Shown piece by piece: positions 1-22,529 of a stretch of 64,000 nt of DNA (the first letter of the stretch is position 1; each line of letters opens with the position of its first letter). The stretch comes from the human T2T-CHM13v2.0 reference genome, Homo sapiens. The position numbers and the translations under genes were made by a program. The stretch lies in NCBI RefSeq assembly GCF_009914755.1, contig NC_060941.1; one strand, given 5' to 3'. Under the pieces are notes generated by a model, which saw nothing but the letters and a program-made list of their open reading frames with translations, had not been told where the DNA came from and made no database searches.

Positions 1-369
1 CACATCATTTGGGGTGATATCACAGAAGAACCGCATAATAACCTCAGCCTTTTGGTTCTTGGATGCAATCCAAGAACAATTATTTTAGACTGAAGTCTCT
101 TACAATAAACAATATTATAATAAAGATGCAATTTGGTATAACAAATTATACCAAAATCATGTTTCCTTTATTGAGTAGCTAGCTTATAGCTTCTAGTTCA
201 GCAATAACCAAACAGATAGATGCACGGCTGACCTTCTGTATGCTTACCAAGTCACACTATCTCATTACTGTTTATTTCCTTTGTAGGACTCCATCAGAAA
301 CTTTTTATTTCTCTGTTTATTTATTGTCTATTTTGTCCTACTAGAATATAAGCTTAACAAGAATAGTAT

Positions 370-657
370 GGCTGGGCGTGGTGACTCATGCCTGTAATCC
401 CAGCACTTTGGGAGGCTGAGATGGGCGGATCATGAGGTCAGGAGTTCGAGACCAGCCTGGCCAACATAGTGAAACCCCATCTCTACCAAAACTACAAAAA
501 ATTAGCTGGGCGTGGTGGCAGGCGCATGTAATCCCAGCTACTCGGGAGGCTGAGGCAGGAGAATCGCTTGAACACGGGAGGCAGAGGTTGCACTAAGCCG
601 AGATCACGCCATTGCACCAGCCCGGGCGACAGTGCGAGACTCTGTCTTAAAAAAAAA
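370..657 (+). mobile_element. AluS
   Basis: Full dimer with A-tail. Confidence 0.9.
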
Positions 658-902
658 GAATGATACATTTTTCTGTGTTGTTCACCACTATAGCAAAGTG
701 AATAAAACATAGTACGTGTTTAATAATAATTTCATAAAAATATCCTGGGACAATAAAACCTTTACCATATAAAGAACAACTGCAACTTGACAATGTCCAC
801 ATGGCTCAAAGGATAAGAATTGAGAACCTGAGAGGACAAGAAAGTTCAAGTGCTGCCCCTTCATTTTACACATAATAAAACCATTAGATGCTCTAATTAT
901 AG

Positions 903-1240
<338 letters not shown>

Positions 1241-1379
1241 GAAGGTGTATTTTAACAAATGTTCAGAGAACTGAAGATCAAAACACAATGGTTCACAACT
1301 TTTCACCCAAAAGATACATATTCAACACAAAAAGCTTAAAAAAAATAACAAGAATGGATTATTTAAAAACAACAATTAA

Positions 1380-1640
1380 TGAAATAGCATGGGGTGAGAC
1401 TAGACACAGAGAGCTCAATTAGGAGATGATTTCAATAATCCAGGCAAGAGATATTGGTGACTCTAACTTGGGTAGTGGCAGCGAAGACAGAGATGGATGA
1501 GATACATTTAGGAAGCAAGCTGACAGCATTTGATGATAGACTGGATGTAGAGAATGAGGAAGAGGGAGGAGTTAAGGATGATAGCCAGTTTCTCTGTCTT
1601 GAGCAATTGGGTGAACAGAGGTGCCAATCCCTTAGAAGAC
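1380..1640 (-). mobile_element. L2 fragment
   Basis: AATAATCCAGGCAAGAGAT...GGATGATAGCCAGTTT...GAGCAATTGGGTGAA. Confidence 0.6.
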
Positions 1641-2041
1641 TAGAACAGACCATCCCTCCAGAATAGAATTCCCTTCCACTCAGTCTCAGAATGGACCACA
1701 ATGCCAGCAAAGAAAGGCATTCCACTCATATTCCTTCAGTCTTGATTCAACACATGCTCTCTACATACATACTTTCATCCATAAGTGGATAAGCTGAGGT
1801 ATACATACTTCATGACATTAAGTCTTGGAACTACATACAGCATGTGCTCAAACATACTTGCTGAATACTGTTCCCTGCTGAGGCAATTAACTAAATGCAC
1901 ATAGTTCTGTAAAAGGGAAACTGAGGAATAATTTAAAATTATATTTTATATATAAATTTAGAAGAGATTTGTTTCTGTAATTCATAAACATAATCAAAAA
2001 CTCTTGAATAAATACACTCTTTAATGAAAATACAATTCTTA

Positions 2042-2143
<102 letters not shown>

Positions 2144-2810
2144 CTAGAAAGAAATAGAAAAACTTCAAATATGAAAGAAATAATGGTAGCTAGAGTGATT
2201 ATTCTATTTTTGTGAAGCCACAAATCACCCTCTTCAATCTCTAAAATGGGTATGTTTCTTTAATTATGTGATGTTAATGTTTATAACTTCCATATCATAT
2301 ACTTTATAAATCGTATACTTCTTCTGAAAATGAAGTAATTAAGCATAGCAAAGCTGAATACTAAATGCCAATCTTCTGAGAAATTTGTATATCAAATAAG
2401 AATTTTTATTACCCTTAGTATCATTCAAAACACAAACAAAACCAAAACAGATTCTGTCAGAAAAAAACCAGGAGATCCAAAGGGCTGTATGAACTCAGAG
2501 CCCTCATCTGAGAGGTGAGACCTGAGCCCTAGGTTATACCACCAAGTCAGGAAGAGGCAGAAGAGCCAGGAAAGAAAAAGGATGAGAAAAAGGAGAGTGG
2601 TATTCCAGAAGCAAACCCCGGAAAATGTTTCAAGAAGAGACTGATCAACCCATTTCACTGGAATGCTGGAGACAAAAGCTTGACTGGAAATACAGAAGTA
2701 ACGATGAATAAATGACACAGTAAACTTAACTGTTTTCTTTACAAGCAATAGGGAAGCAAAACAAAGCAAAATTTAAAAACCCCTTAACAGTCTAGCACCA
2801 ACAGTCCAGA

Positions 2811-2935
2811 GCAGGGTTCCTCACCCTTGCACTGCTGACCCAGGGTGTTTAGCAGCATTCCTGGCCTCCAGGAGAGGCCTGCAGCACCCTCCCACTCTTA
2901 GGACAACCACAAATCTCTCCAGACATTACTAAATG
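2811..2935 (+). mobile_element. MER20 (hAT) fragment
   Basis: TGTTTAGCAGCATTCCTGGCCTC...GACAACCACAAATCTCTCCAGACATT resembles the MER20 consensus. Confidence 0.7.
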
Positions 2936-3313
2936 GTGACTGAGCTACAGCATCCTAGGAGCTTCCTAGCTTATAAGGGTATTAGGGAGGCTGCCATACC
3001 CTGGGAGAAAATGTGGGACATACGCCATTATCTTCTCCTTCTTTGAGCTCACTATCTCCCATCTTCCCAGACCTCTCCACAAAAGCCAGGGTCAGAAAGC
3101 TGGGGGACTCTCAAAGTCTTTAAATCTTTTTAGTGTCCGCATTCAGGTCTGGGCTGGGTCTCAATCACCCAGACAGAAATGACGACTGCTGAAGGAGTCT
3201 CTGGAACGAAATGAAAGCCATCCCCCATGGCCTTTCTTAAGAGTATTTAATCATTAGAACAAATTAGAAAAATCAAAATAAAATTATAGATCTAGAATAT
3301 CTGAATATAGTCA

Positions 3314-3705
<392 letters not shown>

Positions 3706-3847
3706 TTAATTACTATGTCTACTCACTAAAAAGTGAAACTATGAATGGGCATGAACAGCAAACCCAATGAACTGTATTCAGCTTCTTTAACACACTTCAA
3801 AATTATATATAATCACAGTACTTACCCACAGTTCATTATTTAATTAA

Positions 3848-3982
<135 letters not shown>

Positions 3983-4448
3983 TGAATAGCTGGAATTACA
4001 GGCACATACCATTATGCTCGGCTAATTTTTGTATTTTCAGTAGAGACCAGGTTTTGCCATATTGGCCAGGCAAATTAAAAACTTTTTTTTTTTTTTTTGA
4101 GACGGAGTCTCTGTCGCCCAGGCTGGAGTGCAGTGGTGCTATCTCAGCTCACTGCAACCTCTGCCTCCTAGGTTCAAGTGATTCTCCTGCCTTAGCCTCC
4201 TGAGTATCTGGGACTACAGGTGCGTGCCACCACGCCCAGCTAATTTTTGTATTTTTAGTAGATGGGGTTTCACCATATTGGCCAGGATGGTCTCGATCTC
4301 TTGACCTCGTGATCCACCCGCTTTGGCCTCCCAAAGTGCTGGGATTACAGGCGTGAGCCACCACGCCCGACCTAAAACATTTTAAAAAGCAAATGAATCA
4401 AAATAAAATTTTAAATGGCAAGCTATCAAGTTTACTTAGAGTAAGGGT

Positions 4449-4641
4449 TAGGTTGAGCATCCCTAATCAGAAAATCCGAAATCCAAAATGCTCCAAAACC
4501 TGAAACCTTGAGTTCAAAGGAAATGCTCATCAGAACATTTAAGATTTTGGATTTTTGGATTAGAGATGCAAATATACCAAAAAAATCCGAGATCCAAAAT
4601 GGTCCTGGTCCAAAGCGTTTTTGGATAATACTCAATCTGTA
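4449..4641. mobile_element. Tigger4/MER46 (Zombi)-type DNA transposon relic
   Basis: Terminal inverted repeats AGGTTGAGCAT...ATACTCAATCTG and internal inverted AAATCCGAAATCC/GGATTTTTGGAT repeats. Confidence 0.75.
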
Positions 4642-4673
4642 ATTAAAATGACATTTAAACTCATTTAACTCAC

Positions 4674-4754
4674 CTGTCTTAGTTCCAATGTGGGGCCTCT
4701 TCCTACATCCAAAGCAACCTTAATAGGGGCTAAACAAGGGTGAAGTTTAAGTAC
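4674..4754 (-). CDS. POLG2: POLG2 exon 6
   Basis: VLKLHPCLAPIKVALDVGRGPTLELRQ; donor CAG|gtgagt. Confidence 0.96.
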
Positions 4755-4982
4755 CTAAGGCAATTAAATGGGGGAGGGAGAAGACAGGAAAGGGGAAAAA
4801 GCATAGTTTGTTTAAATATAACACAAGTTTAAATATAACACAAGTATTAACAAACAGTTTCTTAACAGTTATAATTTTCTGTGTGAAAACAGAAGTTAGC
4901 TGAGGTCATACAAACACCATGTAGTAACATATTCAGCTGCCCCCCAGATTTCTCCACTTAGATGTTTGGCAGAAAGAAATTA

Positions 4983-5123
<141 letters not shown>

Positions 5124-5777
5124 TTAGCTAGGTATGGCGCATACCTGTAGTCCCAGCTACTCAGGCGGCTGAGGTGGGAAGAATGCTTGACCCGGGAGGT
5201 CAAGGCTGCAGTGAGCCAAGATCGTGCCACTGCACTCTAGTCTGGGCGACAGAGTGAGATCCTGTCTCAAAAAAAAAAAAAAACAAATTAACTTGAGACC
5301 CTCCCATTTTCTGACAACTCCCTCAGTCAAAATGCTTCTTTCAGCATCACTTTGGACCCTACCAGCCTGGGCCACGTGGCTTACCATTTCAACTTTCTCT
5401 CTCTTGTCAAAACCTACTGTTCTTCTCTTTTTATATATATTTTTTTGAATGAAAAAAATTTTTAAATGAAATTTGCTTTTTTTTTTTTTTTAAAGGGTCT
5501 GGCTCTGTTGCCCAGGCTAGAATGCTCCACTCACTGCCTCACTGCAACCCCCACCTCTGGGCTCAAGCCATCCTCCCACTTCAGCCTCCTAAGTAGCAGG
5601 GACTACAGGTGCACGCCACCACGCCCAGCTAGTTTTAGTATTTTTTTGTAGAGATGAAGTTTTGCCATGTTGCCCAGACAGACTGGTCTCGAACTCCTGA
5701 CCTGAATGATCCACCCACCTTGGCTTCCCAAAGTGCTGGGATTATAGGCGTGAGCCATTCAGCCCAGCCTTCTCTTC

Positions 5778-6460
5778 TCATTCATTAGTCCATCCAACAA
5801 ACATTTTAATGCCTCTGATACCAGGAACAGTTCCAGGTGCTAGGGGTAAAAATCTCCGTCTCTCGTGGCAGGGAGAAACAGACAATAAAAATAAGTAAAT
5901 AATATATGTGAAGGTGGTAGGTGCTAAAAAAGGAAGAAGATGGAACATGCTGGCAAGAGGCAGGCTGGGGGAGGTTTTCAGCAACTTTAAGGTGGTCAGA
6001 AAAGGTTCTCTCCCTATGGTGACACTTGAGCAAACACTCGAAAGAAGGTGGGGGGACGAGACATGGATGATGAAGAAAGAGCACTCTAGGCAATGGGGAA
6101 TACAAATGACAGGGCTCTGAGCTGGCAGCATCTCCAGCATGTTCTAGAAATAGCAAGGTCAGTGCTGCTGGAGCAGACTGAGTGAGGTGGAGAACAGCAG
6201 ATCAAAAAGAGGGCTTCGGTTTTTCCTGAGTGAGATGAGAAGCTTTCCTGGAGTGTTCTGAGCAAAGGAGCAACACAACATGCACCTTTTAACAGGGCCA
6301 CTCTATCAGGGGAGGAGGAGTGGCGGTGGCTTATAGCAGGGTGGTAGCAGTAGACAGGCTAGGAAGTGGTCAGACTCAGGATACGTTTTGAAGTTAGAGT
6401 CAAACAGGATTTGCTGATGGTTTGGAAGTGGAGTGTAAGAAAAAGAAAGGATTCCTTTTT
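5778..6460 (-). mobile_element. L2 LINE 3' region
   Basis: TCATTCATT...CAACAAACATTT...CCAGGTGCTAGGG 3'-end signature followed by a purine-rich L2 body. Confidence 0.75.
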
Positions 6461-7461
6461 TTGTTAGCTACAAACCATTTATAAACCCCATTCCCCAGAA
6501 TAATTCTATAATCAGACTTCTCTATGGTTATAGCAGGCTAAATGAACACTGTATAATAAATCACTTAACTAAGAAGAGTGGTTTCCTACAAACTCATGGT
6601 TCCCAATCCCAGCTGAACACTCAACATTATTTGTTAAAACTTTTGATTTGGGGCAGCTTCCTTTTATGTTCAAAGGGTATATGACTATTCCCCACTCGTG
6701 CCATTTAAACCCCCACTCTTCCACATTTAAACTAATAGTGCCTCCTAACTCCCTGAGAAAATAGAGGGCATCAGTAAAATGTCCTTCAAAGACCAAAAAG
6801 CCCAGTAGCCTTTTTATATCTCACTATCCTTTTTCTTCTTCCCTGCTGTTTCAAATATCTCCTTTTCAAGATACATTCTTCTACTTGGGCTCTTGATCCC
6901 ATCCTGACCCCTCCGGTTTCCTTCATCTTGCCCCATTAATCATTTCTTTTCTCTCCTATAACTTCAACTTCTCCTCTCGATTTTCTTTGACCCATAAACA
7001 TGCTCCAAGTGCATGTTCATGCACTAAAATCAGCCTTTCCAGGCCCACATCTAGCTCCTCTGATCCAGGAACCAGCCATGTGGCACAAGACCAGAAGCCA
7101 GACACCTGGGGCAGAGAGGTCAATAGCACAGGTCTCCCTGATCCGGGTCTTTCTTCCTCCTATGTACCAATGCTTCAGCTTCTGATACAAATGGAAGCCC
7201 ACAGTGGAAAGGTTCAGGGGCTAGGAGTCATAGAGATAGCTGTCTGTTCACAATTAAACAGAAATGCCTTTGGGATTACTTATTAGGGATGCCTTGTTCT
7301 ATTCTGTGAGAACCTGATTCTTATTCCTGTGGCCAGATTCTAAAAAAACTGAAAAATACTTAGACTACATGCACTAAATTTATTATTTAGAGTTTATGTT
7401 AGAAACCGAGCACACTAACATTAAGAACAAACAAACCCATATTTTTAGTTTCCCAAGTCTA

Positions 7462-7650
<189 letters not shown>

Positions 7651-7664
7651 TCATTTCACAGAAC

Positions 7665-12490
<4,826 letters not shown>

Positions 12491-12550
12491 TCGGAAATGA
12501 TTATAGAGAATCTGGGTAAAAAATACATAGGAGCTCCAGGTAAAACATAC

Positions 12551-12724
12551 ATGTAATTTAGACACATTGCCAGGATACATGTGTAAAAGTTCGTGATCTC
12601 CTAGGTTCCACAGGGTTTCTATTAACTCCTTTCCCCAGGGAAAATTGTAGTAAAGTTTGTTTCCTTTCCGGCCTTCTTCATCCTGACAGTCACTGCTGCT
12701 GAAGTTAGATGGACTCATGGCAAA
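12551..12724 (-). CDS. POLG2: POLG2 exon 4
   Basis: acceptor ttttccag|TTT; [21 protein letters not shown]...VSKLH; donor CAT|gtatgt. Confidence 0.96.
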
Positions 12725-12887
12725 CTGGAAAAGAAAATTTAAGTTTGTCTTAACATATTTAAATAAACACTAATTTAACTCCCATAATTATCTGTAAGAA
12801 TTTAAATTGTCCGATACTTTTTATTCAGCAAATGTGCGAAACTAGTCAAGTCCCGAATACAAATTTTAAAGTTTATTCTAATTTACA

Positions 12888-13033
12888 TTTTTTTTTGAGA
12901 TGTGTCTCATTCTGTTGCCCAGGTTAGAGTGCAGTGGCTAGTCACAGGTACAATCATAGCTCACTGCTGCCTCCTACTGCTGGCCTCAAGCAATCCTCCT
13001 GCCTCAGGATTCAGAGTAGCTGGGACCACAGGT
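12888..13033 (-). mobile_element. FAM (fossil Alu monomer)-like element
   Basis: Retains the 7SL-derived CCTGTGACTAGCCACTGCAC segment; a similar copy lies at about 61940-62090 (+). Confidence 0.65.
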
Positions 13034-13067
13034 TGCTGAAATTTAATTTTTAAAAAGTGAAAATACT

Positions 13068-13272
13068 GGCCAGGCACAGTGGCTCACGCCTGTTATGCCA
13101 GCTCTTTGGGAGGCTGAGGCAGGGGGATCACTTGAGCTTAGGACTTCGAGACCAGCCTGGGTAACAGAGCAAGACTTCATCTCTACAAATAATAAAAGAA
13201 GTTGCAGTGAGCTGTGATTGTGCAACGGCAGTCCAGCCCGGGCAAAAGAGTGAGACTATGTCTCTAAAAAAA
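13068..13272 (+). mobile_element. Internally deleted AluJ-like element hosting the ATP5MF retrocopy
   Basis: Left arm complete, proximal right arm missing; outer TSD TAAAAAGTGAAAATACTG. Confidence 0.85.
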
Positions 13273-13700
13273 CCAAGATGGAGTCAGTTGTACCAGTGAA
13301 GGACAAGAAACTTCTGGAGGTCAAACTAGGGGAGCTGCCAAGCTGGATCTTGATGTGGGACTTCAGCCCTAGTGGCCTTGATGGAGCGTTTCAAAGAGGT
13401 TACTACTGGTACTACAACAAGTACATCAACGTGAAGAAGGGGAGCATCTCGGGGTTTACCATGGTGCTGGCAGGGTACATGCTCTTCATCTACTGCCTTT
13501 CCTACAAGGAGCTCAAGCACGAGCGGCTATGCAAGTACCACTGAAGAAGACATGCTCTGCACTCCCCCAGCAACCTTCTTGGCTGCAACCCCTCCATAAG
13601 CAACACAATCTCGATTGTTGCTGAATCCTTTCATATCCTAATGGGAATTAACCTCCAAATAAAAGATGACTGGTACTTGTGAAAAAAAAAAAACAAAAAA
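13273..13700 (+). pseudogene. Processed retrocopy of ATP5MF (ATP5J2, ATP synthase subunit f) with uninterrupted 88-codon ORF 13278-13544, in POLG2 intron 3, antisense
   Basis: MESVVPVKDKKLLEVKLGELPSWIL...HERLCKYH is clearly subunit f; intronless; AATAAA at 13658-13663 followed by an A-tail from 13682. Confidence 0.93.
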
Positions 13701-14412
13701 AAAACCAAAAACAGACAACAAAAATAAAATAAAATAAAAAGTGAAAATACTGAGTATATTGCTTAACATATTGTTTTTTAGTAGGAAAGAACTACAGAGA
13801 AAAAACTGTTGATGTTATCCAGACTTTTATGGCCAATGAAGAGGGGAAGTTAACCATGACTAAAGTGGGATAAAGAAGAAAGTATCACATAGTCCTCATT
13901 CTTACCCTTCTGCGAAGTTCTTGATGACTCGTGATTATTTCATACAGTTTAAATGGGTATTTGGGGATGTTTGAGTCGGGAAATGGTAACATAACACATG
14001 GCAAGACAAAAATGCTTACTTCAACTCTTTTTTTTTCAGTGAGTACTAAAACTTGATCATCAATTACAGAGCCATTTTGACTAATATGGAAAGTTCATGG
14101 AGGTAGGTAGCAAAAGCTGAAGCTGTGACAATGGTCAAGGGTCAAACTCTACATCAGCCAGGAATGCTAGGTGAGGGCTTTGAATTTTACCTTACACAGA
14201 AAGGCTAATTAACAAACACATCTGAGCCCAACAAATGTTTTTACCAAAGTAACTTTGTAATCTAGAACAATGAAAATTGTTACAAAGAGTTTTTGTATTT
14301 GTATAATATATTAATAGCTACATACATCAAATATAATTTCTTGTATGTCAGAAGAATTACCACTGACACATTAAGACAATTTATGTATTAACTATTAAAT
14401 TAAAGGTAATTA

Positions 14413-14529
<117 letters not shown>

Positions 14530-14615
14530 TTAGATATAAAACGTATCAGGAAGTTAGCTTATCTGAAAATTATATAATTTATCCCAAGTGGAAATGACTG
14601 GTTTTTGACTATTTA

Positions 14616-14795
<180 letters not shown>

Positions 14796-15234
14796 TCATT
14801 GTATACATCTAGTCCACAAACCCAAATCATTTTTGTCAATAGACACATTAATAGTAGTAATAACGTTAACACAGCATAAAGACAGATGTTGGCTAAGCTT
14901 GGTGGCTCACGCCTATAATCCCAGCACTTTGGGAGGTCGAGGTGGGCAGATTGCTTGAGCTCAGGAGTTCTGAGACCAGACTGGGCAACACAGCAAAACC
15001 CCATCTCTAAAAATATACAAAAATAAGCCAGGCATGGTGGTGTGTGCCTTGTAGTCCCAGCTACTTGGAAAGCTGGGAGGTGGATCACTTTAGTCTGGGA
15101 GGCCAAGGTTGCAGTGAGCTGGGATGGTGCCACTGTGCTCCAGCCTGGGCAACAGAGTGAAACCCTGTCTTAAAAAAAAACAAAAAAAGACAGATCACCA
15201 CTTAATTCTAGGTAGTTTCACCCTGAGTTTTTAG

Positions 15235-15538
<304 letters not shown>

Positions 15539-15544
15539 CAAAGA

Positions 15545-17925
<2,381 letters not shown>

Positions 17926-17965
17926 AAATTGAGAGCGTTCCCAGGTCCTTCGGACAGATTGTTTA

Positions 17966-18965
<1,000 letters not shown>

Positions 18966-19347
18966 TCCCTTCAGATTGACTTTTTTCTTTCCTCGTAAGC
19001 ACCAGTAAAGGTTATTCCCACCTATTTATAACCGTGGTGTAGCCACTTGAGTCACTTCCTTCTGCCACTGTTTTGCAGTCCAGAAAATTAAAATACTTCA
19101 GTATTATCCAAATCACCTTCTATATACACCTCAATCAAGCACTTGGACTAAATTTGGCATTTGGTTTCCCTTTAAACAGTTTTAGTCCTTTACGGTGATT
19201 TGTAAGCCCAGGCCTTCTTAACTAGGCAAATGCTGCCGCCAGGTGGCCTAGGCCTAACCCCAGAGCCGTTGTCTTGACGCTTAAGCTTCCGGGGAGGGGG
19301 GCGATAGGCTTCGTGACTAGGGTAGTGGTATGGTCACTTTAAATATT

Positions 19348-19460
19348 GCAGTGGCTTCCAAAGGGCAGTCCCCAGCCAGCAGCATCTGCCTCACCTGGGA
19401 ATGCACTAGAAATAAACCAAGGGGCCCTGACATGTCTTAAACCCTCCTGGTGTCAGAGAA
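19348..19460. mobile_element. MER5A-like fragment
   Basis: CAGTGGCTTCCAAA...CCAGCAGCATCTGCCTCACCTGGGAA...TAGAAAT. Confidence 0.55.
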
Positions 19461-20026
19461 AACCACGTACGTGCAATTTCTTCCAGGGGCCCCTTCTATG
19501 GGTTCATCAAAACAATGAGACTTGTGACTGTTATTATTAAGAGACTCATGATTAAATTGCAGGTTTCTGATTTTGCAGTTTCTATTTAAATAGGTCGAGA
19601 CCTTAAGACCTACCCAGAAAGTGGAAAAGTGGTATACCCAGACTGAGGAAGTTTGATTCCAAAGTCCATGATTTCTTATACCAGCCTCAGTTACGAAAAC
19701 CTTTAAAGAGGTTCAGGGAAAAAGGAACAATCTACATTTCACTGTGAGACTACCAAACTACTACCTGATTAAGAGGGGTAACAGCTTAGCAATTGAGTTA
19801 ATGTAATTCAGGAGTAAAGTTTTATCATTAGTAAAGTGCTGTACCAGGTTCAGGAAATAGTTCTTCTTTACAAGTGTATACAAGGGTTTAAAAAAAGGCC
19901 AGCTAGATAGTAATTAACTGCAAAGCTGGGTACTACTGCCAGGTGTTTTCCACATTCAGGAACTCACACCAGGTAAAAGGCCTATACGCAAATAAATAAA
20001 AAGAGAGAATGGGGAGAAAAATCACA

Positions 20027-20032
20027 TTTATT
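20027..20032 (-). terminator. DDX5 distal polyadenylation signal
   Basis: AATAAA on the minus strand followed by U-rich TTCTCTCTTTTTATTTATTTG. Confidence 0.7.
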
Positions 20033-21393
20033 AGTTAAGACGACCACAGGCTGGACACAACACACATGCTAAAAAGTGGACTGTCTTTTAAAACTTCCAA
20101 GGTAAATAGGTAAATGTTTTCCACAGCCCAACAATCATTTCAGTGTTTACAAATTAAAAGGCCCACGGTTAAGACATTAAACAGTAAAATATGTAATAAA
20201 TGCTCCAACCTACCCTCTCCCCCGAAAGCTGCTTCTAAGTTTAAAACCATGAATTTGACTAACCATGCCATTGAAAACCATCCAGGTTACTACAGGCTGA
20301 ATTAGTTTTCAATGTCTAAGTCCTAGAAATATCACTCCCTATCCCAGCCCTAGCAAATTCTAACTTTACATTTGACATAAGGCATTAACATCAATTAAAG
20401 CCTCAGTTTAATAATCAGAATTTAAATGAAGTCTCCTGAAGACCTCTCTTCTGGCAAAAAAAAACACGTATCAGACTCTGGGAAAACATTCAGACCCACT
20501 TCTAGCTATTACTGAAATAAATGATTAGAAAGTTACGTTGGTGAGCCGAAGTTAAACCTAAAGCTATCCCCTGGATCTTTCTAGCAATAAACCCATGTTG
20601 AACCTACCATGAAAACTTTCATTCACTGTGCTTTTGGTTACGTTGCCTCCTGATTAGTCATTAATTTTAATGAGGTTTTTTCCTTGTGTTGAGTATGAAT
20701 AGACCTTACAGTTTGAGGATCTCTAGAATTCCCTGAATTATTGGAAAGACATTCATGACTCCCAGTGTGACTAGTTAAGAGCCCCAGGGAGCCTGTGAAG
20801 ACTAGAATCTACAAGTAACCTGCACTAAGAACGAAATTCAGTAAAGGAGACTCAAGCTTAGCTCCTGGCCATCTTAAAGGGCTAATGTATGTCTTTCACA
20901 GGTTTGTTCAACATTTCAGTAATTCACAGTATAGCCAAGAGCATGAGTATAAGTCTCTTGAAAAAGCCAGTTATTTGGAGCTTTTTAAATTATAAACTTT
21001 GAAAAAGTCACCCACGTTCTCACACTATATAGATGACTTTGTATCTATTTTACTATTTTCTCATTTAACCATACTAGCAAATAAGGAAAAAGGCTATTAA
21101 ATGACTCCCCTGATGCTGGAAGCTGACAAAGCTTTTATGCAATTTAGCCTGTAACTAAAAATTCACCTGTATCAATTCATTCTGACTCCTGCAATATGAA
21201 TAGCTCATTATAAAGAAGGGCCTTCTGATTCCCCCTGCCTCCCAAATTAAATAAAAAGGAACAGTCATTTGTTTTCATGGAAAAAAAAAACCAAACAAAA
21301 ACAAAAAAAAAACCAGACCATCTTAAGCAAAGTTTTACATGACATTATATAAAATAAAGTACAATTTCCACTTAATTCAGTCTTCAAATATTT

Positions 21394-21427
21394 TTTATTG
21401 GAAGGCCATGCATTGCCTTCATTTATT
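21394..21427 (-). terminator. DDX5 proximal polyadenylation signals (two AATAAA)
   Basis: TTTATT on + at 21394-21399 and 21422-21427; U/GU-rich sequence downstream on the minus strand. Confidence 0.8.
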
Positions 21428-21461
21428 GTATTTCAAATCACTGTACATTTACTTTTGTGAA

Positions 21462-21550
21462 AACACTGCCTGCATTTTCTAGTACAAAAAAAACCTAAAA
21501 ATTGTTTCAGGAATGTAGAGAAATATCCAACTTAAATAGCGAAAAAGTGC
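21462..21550 (-). promoter_or_regulatory. miRNA seed matches in the DDX5 3'UTR (miR-141/200a, miR-1/206, miR-17/20 families)
   Basis: CAGUGUU at 21462-21468, ACAUUCC at 21510-21516, GCACUUU at 21544-21550; seed matches only, function not shown. Confidence 0.5.
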
Positions 21551-21678
21551 ACCATAATTACTGCTGCACTGCAGTCATTTCTGCAATTCCCATGTTTCTT
21601 AAATAACTATCTTGTCAGATAACACACAATATAAAGAGCAATTATGAAAAACAGACATTTACATATACTTCTAAAGTC

Positions 21679-22082
21679 TTATTGGGAATATCCTGTTGGC
21701 ATTGGATAACCAATCATAGGTGCAGCTGCAGTAGCAGGATATGCATATGCCTGTTGGTTCATACCATTGTGCATATTTGGAACATTACTTCCGTATTGCT
21801 GAGTGCTATCATAACCATTCTGGTAAGTCCCTGTTGGATTACCAGTCCTAAAACTGGTCTGTATACCAGCAGACACAAAATTACTTCCAAAGCTCCCATT
21901 GGTGTAATTTGCAGCACTGTAAACACCATTCTGAGTTTTTGCCCCAAAATCTCTTTTAAGCAGGCTAGAGTAACCTCTGTCATAATTTTCCCTGTCTCTA
22001 AAGGTATTAAATCCACCCCTTTTGCCCGCAGAGTATCTGTCCCGACGGTCATCCTTCATGCCTCCTCTACCCCTGGAACGAC
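21679..22082 (-). CDS. DDX5: DDX5 exon 13 (coding part)
   Basis: RSRGRGG...PMPTGYSQ then TAA. Confidence 0.97.
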
Positions 22083-22304
22083 CTGTCAAGAAAACAATTG
22101 CAAATTGATCAATTATGTCTATGACACAAATCATTGTGGACAGAAAGAAACAGATCTATTCATGGTAGGCGTGAAATGTTTTTACAATTTTTCAGCTTAA
22201 GTTTTCACATTCAAGGTTTTACTCACCCTCCAATACCATTTAAATGGATTTGTAGACAACGATGTGACTCGTAACTACCAACATTTCCTATCAGTCATCC
22301 TTAC

Positions 22305-22529
22305 CTGAACCTCTGTCTTCGACCAACTGAAGCAACTTGGGATTAATTGCTTGATTAGCTTCACGAAGCACAGAGATAAGGTCGCTCACTTGCTTTATGT
22401 TATTAGGTGTAAAGAAAGTGTATGCTGTGCCTGTTTTGGTACTGCGAGCAGTTCTTCCAATTCGATGAATATAATCCTCTGAGGAGTTAGGGTAGTCATA
22501 ATTGATGACAAATTTCACATCTTCCACAT
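22305..22529 (-). CDS. DDX5: DDX5 exon 12
   Basis: VEDVKFVINYDYP...HRIGRTAR (motif VI). Confidence 0.97.

Noticed and set aside
4810-4843. 17-nt tandem duplication (a similar ~18-nt one at about 17335-17378)
   Set aside because: Ordinary slippage events in AT-rich intron sequence.
21682-22200. 172-aa plus-strand ORF
   Set aside because: Antisense shadow of DDX5 exon 13, with no independent start or splice evidence.
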